Shown here: positions 26,596-32,000 of the stretch, piece after piece
Layout of the letters: every line of letters begins with the position of its first letter
How positions within the stretch are numbered: the first letter of the stretch is position 1
Source of the DNA: Delftia acidovorans NBRC 14950
Lineage (GTDB): Bacteria; Pseudomonadota; Gammaproteobacteria; Burkholderiales; Burkholderiaceae_C
Direction: 5' to 3'
Length of the DNA: 32,000 nucleotides
Assembly (NCBI RefSeq): GCF_001598795.1
Contig: NZ_BCZP01000004.1
Location: 1 to 32,000 of the forward strand
Made by a program: the position numbers and the translations under genes
The notes under the pieces: model-generated
Databases searched by the model: none
What the model was told of the DNA's origin: nothing
What the model saw: only the letters and a program-made list of their open reading frames with translations

Positions 26596-27861
26596 TTACT
26601 GGTAACCCTTGGGGAAGGGATCGGGTTTGATGAGTTCAGGCGACTCCGAGACCACCTTGAACGTGCCGTCCGGCTGCCCCACGGCAATGCGCGACTTGCT
26701 CCACAGGTGGTGGTTGGCGTCCACCTTCACGTAGCCTTCGGGCGCGGTCTTGAGTTCCAGCCCCGGCGATGCGGCCACCACCTTGTCCACGTCGAAGCTC
26801 TTGGCCTTTTCCACGGCGGCCTTCCACAGCCAGGGGCCCAGGTAGCCGGCCTGGGTGACGTCGCCGATGACGGCGTTGGGGCCGTACTTGGCCTTGAAGG
26901 CGGCCACGAACTTCTTGTTGTTCTCGTTGTCCAGCGTCTGGAAGTACTTCATCGAGGAGTAAAAACCCGTGAAGTTCTCGCCGCCCACGCCGGTCATCTC
27001 GTCCTCGGTCACCGACAGCGTGACCAGCAATTGCTTGTCACCCGTGATGCCTGCGGCCTTGAGCGCCTTGTAGAAGGCCACGTTGGAGCCGCCCACCACG
27101 GCCACGAAGATGCAGTCCGGCTTTTGCAGCTTGATCTTGTTGACCAGCGAGCCGAAGTTGGTGCTGCCCAGCGGGTAGTACTCCTCGCCGACGACCTTGC
27201 CCTTCTGGAAGTTTTCGATGTGCTTGCGCGCGATCTTCATCGAGGTGCGCGGCCAGATGTAGTCCGAGCCGATCAGGAAGAAGGTCTTGGCCTTCTTCTC
27301 GGCCTTGGCCCAGTCCAGGCTGTACAGGATCTGCTGCGTGGCTTCCTGGCCCGTGTAGATCACGTTCTTGGACTGCTCCAGGCCTTCGTAGAAGGTGGGG
27401 TAGTACAGCAGGCCGTTTTCCTTCTCGAACACGGGCAGCACGGCCTTGCGCGAGGCGCTGGTCCAGCAGCCGAAGACGGCGGCGCAGCGGTCGTTGATGA
27501 GCAGTTTCTTGGACTTCTCGGCGAAGGTGGGCCAGTCGGAGGCGCCGTCTTCCTTGATCACGCGGATCTTGCGGCCCAGGATGCCGCCCATGGCGTTGAT
27601 CTGGTCGATGGCCAGTTGCTCGGCCTGGATGGAGCCGGTCTCGGAGATCGCCATGGTGCCCGTGGCCGAGTGCAGCTGACCCACGACGACTTCGGTGTCG
27701 GTCACGGCCAGCTTGGTGGTGTTGACCTGGGCCGTGGGCTGGGCGAAGGACCAGGCCGGCAGCCCGGCCACCGAGGCGGCGCCAAGCGCCTGCAGGACGC
27801 GGCGGCGGCCCATTTCCGTGCCGGGGGAACCAGGTGTGCGGGGGTCGGAGGGGTGGCTCAT
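26596..27861 (-). CDS. urtA: Urea/short-chain-amide periplasmic binding protein UrtA/FmdD-like (421 aa)
   Basis: Twin-arginine-like leader GRRRVLQALGAASVAGLPAWSFAQ. VGQLHSATGTMAISE, EDGASDWPTFAEK, VFGCWTSASRKAVLPVFE and YYPTFYEGLEQS closely resemble UrtA. AGGAGA lies 6 nt upstream of the ATG. Confidence 0.9.
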   Translation of the reverse strand: MSHPSDPRTPGSPGTEMGRRRVLQALGAASVAGLPAWSFAQPTAQVNTTKLAVTDTEVVVGQLHSATGTMAISETGSIQAEQLAIDQINAMGGILGRKIRVIKEDGASDWPTFAEKSKKLLINDRCAAVFGCWTSASRKAVLPVFEKENGLLYYPTFYEGLEQSKNVIYTGQEATQQILYSLDWAKAEKKAKTFFLIGSDYIWPRTSMKIARKHIENFQKGKVVGEEYYPLGSTNFGSLVNKIKLQKPDCIFVAVVGGSNVAFYKALKAAGITGDKQLLVTLSVTEDEMTGVGGENFTGFYSSMKYFQTLDNENNKKFVAAFKAKYGPNAVIGDVTQAGYLGPWLWKAAVEKAKSFDVDKVVAASPGLELKTAPEGYVKVDANHHLWSKSRIAVGQPDGTFKVVSESPELIKPDPFPKGYQ

Positions 27862-27978
27862 GGTGACTCTCCTGTAAGGATCGGTTGGGTGATCTGCAAG
27901 TGGCTGAAAACTGGCGTTGCGGTTACGGCTTGTTTCCGCGCTGGGTCCAAGATTAGGAAGAACCCTTGAAACCGCCCA

Positions 27979-28010
27979 TACGTCAATTGACGTAGCCATC
28001 TGCGTACGCA
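27979..28010. promoter_or_regulatory. Perfect 16-bp palindrome TACGTCAATTGACGTA followed 6 bp later by the 10-bp palindrome TGCGTACGCA, in the urtA / kinase divergent region
   Basis: Read directly: 27979-27994 and 28001-28010. Both share a TACG/CGTA core and lie in the 214-bp divergent intergenic region. Confidence 0.45.
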
Positions 28011-28075
28011 CCCCACGCACCCTTCTTGAAAGCCGCGCCAGCATTGGCCCCGCACGTTTCTTGCTAGACCTGGGA

Positions 28076-31000
28076 ATGCACTCCGCACCCCCGCCCGACA
28101 GCCCCGCCAGCACCTCGCCCGCGCCGCAGACCATCTTTCGGTTCCGGCGCGAATACAACGCCTGGGTGGCCGACGAGACCATGGAGGACTACGCGCTGCG
28201 CTACACGCCGCGCAGCTTTCGGCGCTGGAGCGAGTTCCGCGTGGCCAACACGGCCTTCGGCTCGCTGTCCTTCCTGGCGCTGGAGGCGATCGGCGGCGCC
28301 ATTGCGCTGAACTACGGCTTTGCCAACGCCATGTGGGCCATCGTCACCGTGGGGCTGGTGATCTTCCTGACGGGGCTGCCCATCGCCGTCTGCGCGGCAC
28401 GCTACGGGCTGGACATGGACCTGCTGACGCGGGGCGCGGGCTTCGGCTACCTGGGCTCGACCATCACCTCGCTGATCTACGCCGTCTTCACCTTCATCTT
28501 CTTCGCGCTGGAGGCGGCCATCATGGCGCTGGCCCTGCAGCTGGTGGTGGACTGGCCGCTGCAGTGGTGCTATGCGCTGTCGGCCCTGGTGGTGCTGCCG
28601 CTGGCCATGCGCGGCATCACGCTGATCTCGCGCCTGCAGGCCTGGACGCAGCCGCTGTGGCTGTTCCTGCTGGTGCTGCCTTTCGTGTGGATGGCGCTGT
28701 CCCAGCCCCAGCTGTACCGCGACTTCGCCAGCCTCACCGGCCTGCGCTCGGGCAGCAGCCAGTTCGATCCGCTGATGTTCGGCGCGGCGGCGGCCGTGAT
28801 CTTCGCGCTGGTGGTGCAGATCGGCGAGCAGGTGGACTTCCTGCGCTTTCTGCCGCCGCGCACCCGGGCCAACCGCCTGCGCTGGTGGGGCGCGGTGCTG
28901 GTGGCCGGACCGGGCTGGGCCGTGATGGGCATGCTCAAGATGGCGGGCGGCGCGTTTCTCGCCTTCGCGGCCATGCAGCTGGAAGGGGTGGACGCCTCGC
29001 GCGCGGCCGAGCCCACGCAGATGTTTCTGGTGGGCTTCCAGCAGGTGCTGCAGGCCCTGGGCCTGCCGGGGCTGGCTGTGGCGGTGACCGTGGTCTTCGT
29101 GGTCATCTCGCAGGTCAAGATCAACGTGACCAATGCCTACGCGGGGTCGCTTGCCTGGTCCAACTTCTTCGCGCGCATCACGCGCAGCCATCCGGGGCGC
29201 GTGGTCTGGATGGTGTTCAACGTGGTCATCGCCACCTTGCTGATGACGCTGGGCGTGTTCGGCGCGCTGGAGAAGGTGCTGACCATCTACAGCAACGTGG
29301 CCATCGCCTGGGTGGGTGCGCTGGTGGCCGACCTGGTCATCAACAAGCCGCTGGGACTGAGTCCGCCGGGCATCGAGTTCCGCCGCGCCCATCTGTACGA
29401 CTTCAATCCCGTGGGTCCGGGCGCCATGCTGCTGGCCGCCGCCGTGGCCTGCTGCGCCTATGCGGGCCTGCTGGGCGAGACGGCGGCCGCGTTCTCGCCC
29501 TTCATCGCGCTGGCGCTGTCCATGCTGCTGTCGCCGCTGCTGGCCTGGCTGACGGGCGGGCGCTACTACCTGGCGCGGCCCGCAGGCAACCTGTGGAAGC
29601 CCGGCGAGACCGTGCGCTGCGCCGTCTGCCAGAAGCATTTCGAATCCGAGGACATGGCGCACTGCCCCGCCTACGGCGCGCCCATCTGCTCGCTTTGCTG
29701 CTCGCTGGAGTCGCGCTGCCATGACCGCTGCAAGACCGGATCGCGCGCGGGCGAGCAGTTGCATGCGCTGGCCTCGGCCCTGCTGCCGCCGCGCTGGGCG
29801 ACCAAGGTGAACTTCCGCGCGGGCCAGTACCTGGTGGTGATGCTGTCGCTGTGCGCGGTGACGGCCTTCATGGTGGGCGTGGTCTACATGCAGGAAAGCC
29901 TGCAGGCAGGCAGCGTCGATGGCGGCGCGCTGCGCATCCCCTTCCTCAAGGTCTTCGCGCTGCTGGCCCTGCTGTGCGCCGTGGCCGCCTGGTGGGTGGT
30001 GCTGAGCACGGACAGCCGGCGCATGGCGCAGGACGAGTCCGAGCGCCAGAACCAGCTGCTGCTGCAGGAGATCGCCGCCCACAAGCGCACCGATGCCGAG
30101 CTGCAGGCCGCCAAGGACCATGCCGAGCAGGCCAGCCAGGCCAAGACCCGCTACGTGGCCGGCATGACGCACGAGCTGCGCTCGCCGCTCAACAGCCTGC
30201 TGGGCTATACGCAGATCCTGCTCAAGAGCCCGCAGGTCGATGGCTGGGTGCGCGAGACCCTGTCCACCATGCAGCACAGCGGCCAGCACCTGCGCGCGCT
30301 GATCGACGAATCGCTGGAGTTGGCCAGCATCGAGGCCGGCCGCCTGCGCCTGGACCTCGCCCCCCTGCCCCTGCCCGCGCTGATCGACGGCATCGAGGCC
30401 ATGATGCGGCCCCAGGCCCAGGCCAGGGGGCTGCAGTTCTCGGTCGAGACGCTGGGCACCATGCCGCGCTGGGTGCGGGCCGACGCCAAGCGGCTGCGCC
30501 AGATCCTGATCAACCTGCTGTCCAACGCCGTGCGCTTCACCCAACGCGGCGAGGTGCGGCTGCGCATGGACTTCAGGCCCCATGTCTCGCGCATCGAGGT
30601 CATCGATACCGGCATCGGGATCGAACCGCAGGACATGGAGCGCATCTTCGTGCCCTTCGAGCGCGGCAGCGCGGGGCGGCGCGTCAGCGAGGCGGGCACG
30701 GGCCTGGGGCTGACCATCACCCATCTGCTGACCGAGCTGATGGGCGGCCAGCTCACCCTGAGCAGCACGCCCGGCGAGGGCAGCTGCTTCACCGTGCGCC
30801 TGTACCTGCCCGAGATGGCGCCCGACGCGTCCTGGGTCCCTCCGGGCGCCGCCGCCACGCTGCACACCGTCATCGGCTATCTGCCGCCCCGGCGCACCCT
30901 GCTGGTGGTGGACGACCAGCCGCTGCAGCGCCAGCTGCTGGCCGGCCTGCTGCTGCCGCTGGGCTTCGAGATCCGCGAGGCCGCCAGTGGCCGCGAGTGC

Positions 31001-31576
31001 CTGGAGATCGTGGAGCAAAGCCCGCCCGACCTGGTGCTGCTGGACATCAGCATGGACGACCTGGACGGCTGGCAGACCGCCGCCCTGCTGCGCGCGCGCT
31101 GGGATGCGCAGCAGCTGCCCGTGGTCTTCGTCTCGGCCAACCTGTTCGACAACGACCCGCCGCGCCTGGCCGATGCGCGCTGCCAGGGCTTTGTCGCCAA
31201 GCCCGTGACCGAGTCCGAGCTGCTGCAGGTGCTCGAGCGCGTGCTGCGGCTGGAGTGGGTGCATGACAACCGCCCGCTGCTGCTGCCGGCGCCACGTGCA
31301 GAGCAGGCAGAGGCCAAGGCAGAGGAGGCGCCGTCAGCCGCCCCCTTCCCGCCCGACCTGCGTGAAGACCTGGCCCGGCTGGCGCGCTCGGGCCAGGCCA
31401 CCGCCCTGCGCGAGCGCCTGCGCCAGGCGCGCCAGCAGGCGCCCGCGCATGCCGCGCTGCTCGATGCGCTGCAGGCCTGCGCGAACCGCTTCGACTTCGA
31501 TGCGCTGGCGCGCATGCTGCCGCGGCCCGAGCAAGAGGATGAAGAAGACGAAGAAAGAGAGGAGACCGATGAATGA
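28076..31576 (+). CDS. Hybrid sensor histidine kinase with an N-terminal NCS1/CodB-like permease domain, a Cys-rich module, 2 extra TM helices, HisKA, HATPase_c and a receiver domain (1166 aa)
   Basis: The permease-like part has about 12 hydrophobic helices, with VDFLRF and KINVTNAYAGSLAWSNF resembling CodB ADFVRF and NIWTTNDNALYASGLGF. H-box MTHELRSPLNS (His codon 30170-30172). N, G1 and G2 boxes LINLLSNAVRF, DTGIGI, GTGLGLTI. Receiver LLVVDDQ...LVLLDISMDDLDGW...AKP (Asp codon 31043-31045). The start ATG 28076 was chosen as the first ATG of the open frame, which opens with TTG at 27917. Confidence 0.88.
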   Translation: MHSAPPPDSPASTSPAPQTIFRFRREYNAWVADETMEDYALRYTPRSFRRWSEFRVANTAFGSLSFLALEAIGGAIALNYGFANAMWAIVTVGLVIFLTGLPIAVCAARYGLDMDLLTRGAGFGYLGSTITSLIYAVFTFIFFALEAAIMALALQLVVDWPLQWCYALSALVVLPLAMRGITLISRLQAWTQPLWLFLLVLPFVWMALSQPQLYRDFASLTGLRSGSSQFDPLMFGAAAAVIFALVVQIGEQVDFLRFLPPRTRANRLRWWGAVLVAGPGWAVMGMLKMAGGAFLAFAAMQLEGVDASRAAEPTQMFLVGFQQVLQALGLPGLAVAVTVVFVVISQVKINVTNAYAGSLAWSNFFARITRSHPGRVVWMVFNVVIATLLMTLGVFGALEKVLTIYSNVAIAWVGALVADLVINKPLGLSPPGIEFRRAHLYDFNPVGPGAMLLAAAVACCAYAGLLGETAAAFSPFIALALSMLLSPLLAWLTGGRYYLARPAGNLWKPGETVRCAVCQKHFESEDMAHCPAYGAPICSLCCSLESRCHDRCKTGSRAGEQLHALASALLPPRWATKVNFRAGQYLVVMLSLCAVTAFMVGVVYMQESLQAGSVDGGALRIPFLKVFALLALLCAVAAWWVVLSTDSRRMAQDESERQNQLLLQEIAAHKRTDAELQAAKDHAEQASQAKTRYVAGMTHELRSPLNSLLGYTQILLKSPQVDGWVRETLSTMQHSGQHLRALIDESLELASIEAGRLRLDLAPLPLPALIDGIEAMMRPQAQARGLQFSVETLGTMPRWVRADAKRLRQILINLLSNAVRFTQRGEVRLRMDFRPHVSRIEVIDTGIGIEPQDMERIFVPFERGSAGRRVSEAGTGLGLTITHLLTELMGGQLTLSSTPGEGSCFTVRLYLPEMAPDASWVPPGAAATLHTVIGYLPPRRTLLVVDDQPLQRQLLAGLLLPLGFEIREAASGRECLEIVEQSPPDLVLLDISMDDLDGWQTAALLRARWDAQQLPVVFVSANLFDNDPPRLADARCQGFVAKPVTESELLQVLERVLRLEWVHDNRPLLLPAPRAEQAEAKAEEAPSAAPFPPDLREDLARLARSGQATALRERLRQARQQAPAHAALLDALQACANRFDFDALARMLPRPEQEDEEDEEREETDE

Positions 31577-32000
31577 GAACCCGCAAAGGCCACAGATGAC
31601 GACCGCCGACAGCAGCAGCCACCCCAGCCACCCCCCTCACAACGCCCACGTCATCCTCGTGGTGGACGACGCGCTGGACAGCCTGCGCATGCTGTGCGAC
31701 GCGCTGGCCGCCGAAGGCTACGTGGTGCTCGCCGCCCGCGACGCCGACGAGGCCCTGCAGCGCTTCGCCCTCACCGTGCCCGACGGCGTGCTGCTGGACG
31801 CCGTCATGCCCGGCATGGACGGCTTCACGCTGTGCCGCACGCTCAAGGCCACGCCGGCCTGGGCCCATGTGCCCGTGGTGTTCATGACCGGCCTGTCGGA
31901 CACGGACCAGATCATCCGCGGCTTTGCCAGCGGTGGCGTGGACTACGTGGTCAAGCCGCTGCGCATCCCCGAGGTGCTGGTGCGCCTGGCCACCCATGTG
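31569..32000 (+). CDS. Response regulator, receiver domain (partial; 3' end beyond the window)
   Basis: My own translation gives MNENPQRPQMTTAD...VILVVDDALDSLRMLCDALAAEGYVVLAARDADEAL...VLLDAVMPGMDGF...VVFMTGLSD...DYVVKPLRIPEVL. The frame is open to the window edge, so it is absent from the ORF track. It overlaps the kinase stop by 8 nt, and GGAG lies 4 nt upstream of the ATG. Confidence 0.85.
   Translation, partial: MNENPQRPQMTTADSSSHPSHPPHNAHVILVVDDALDSLRMLCDALAAEGYVVLAARDADEALQRFALTVPDGVLLDAVMPGMDGFTLCRTLKATPAWAHVPVVFMTGLSDTDQIIRGFASGGVDYVVKPLRIPEVLVRLATHV

Noticed and set aside
27862-27978. A sigma-54 (NtrC-type) promoter upstream of urtA, as might be expected for a nitrogen-scavenging operon.
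   Set aside because: No TGGCAC-N5-TTGC-like element with correct GG/GC spacing is on the minus strand. There is only a weak sigma-70-like TTGGAC-N17-CGTAAC, too poor to call.
28064-31264. 1066-aa ORF antisense to the hybrid kinase. Similar long antisense ORFs are at 14235..16952 (+, 905 aa), 2498..4144 (-, 548 aa), 2833..4353 (+, 506 aa), 5694..7463 (-, 589 aa), 8726..10252 (-, 508 aa), 12678..14153 (-, 491 aa), 21513..23558 (+, 681 aa) and 10535..11863 (-, 442 aa).
   Set aside because: They are typical shadow ORFs of a high-GC genome. Their translations are dominated by Arg/Gly/Ala/His/Gln with no recognisable motifs. Each lies opposite a gene with clear family signatures and proper GC3 bias.
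31270-31576. The C-terminal ~100 aa of the kinase as an Hpt domain.
   Set aside because: No HxxKG-type phosphorylatable histidine motif is visible. The only nearby His (APAHAALL) lacks the usual context. I reported it as an open question rather than a feature.

Overview
Very GC-rich, gene-dense chromosomal window, about two-thirds G+C by eye, with strong G/C preference at third codon positions. The gene content looks like a Betaproteobacterium, probably Burkholderiales or Comamonadaceae; this is an inference from composition, a split MetH and an SAH riboswitch. I see 29 credible protein genes and no rRNA, tRNA, CRISPR, transposase or integrase. The many long ORFs antisense to real genes are GC-rich shadow ORFs. 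Left to right: lrgAB-like genes with a divergent LysR regulator; rluE; a yjdM(phnA)-plus-unknown-membrane-protein pair with a divergent LysR regulator; a DsbA-like protein and a secreted cyclase/formamidase-fold protein; an ArgE-like M20 deacylase divergent from an MFS transporter; dctA translationally coupled to a GntR/FadR regulator; a GDPD lipoprotein; a MetH lacking the homocysteine-binding domain, preceded by a probable SAH riboswitch; a GntR regulator with a four-gene polar amino-acid ABC transporter; and a seven-gene urtABCDE-fmdA-fmdB urea/short-chain-amide uptake and formamidase operon. Divergent from that operon is the most interesting locus. It is a 1166-aa hybrid histidine kinase with three stacked N-terminal parts: a roughly 12-helix NCS1/CodB-like permease domain, a Cys-rich metal-binding-like module, and two further TM helices. 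An overlapping response-regulator gene follows it, and a perfect 16-bp palindrome lies in the shared intergenic region. All functional calls come from reading the translated ORFs and motifs by eye; no database search was possible.
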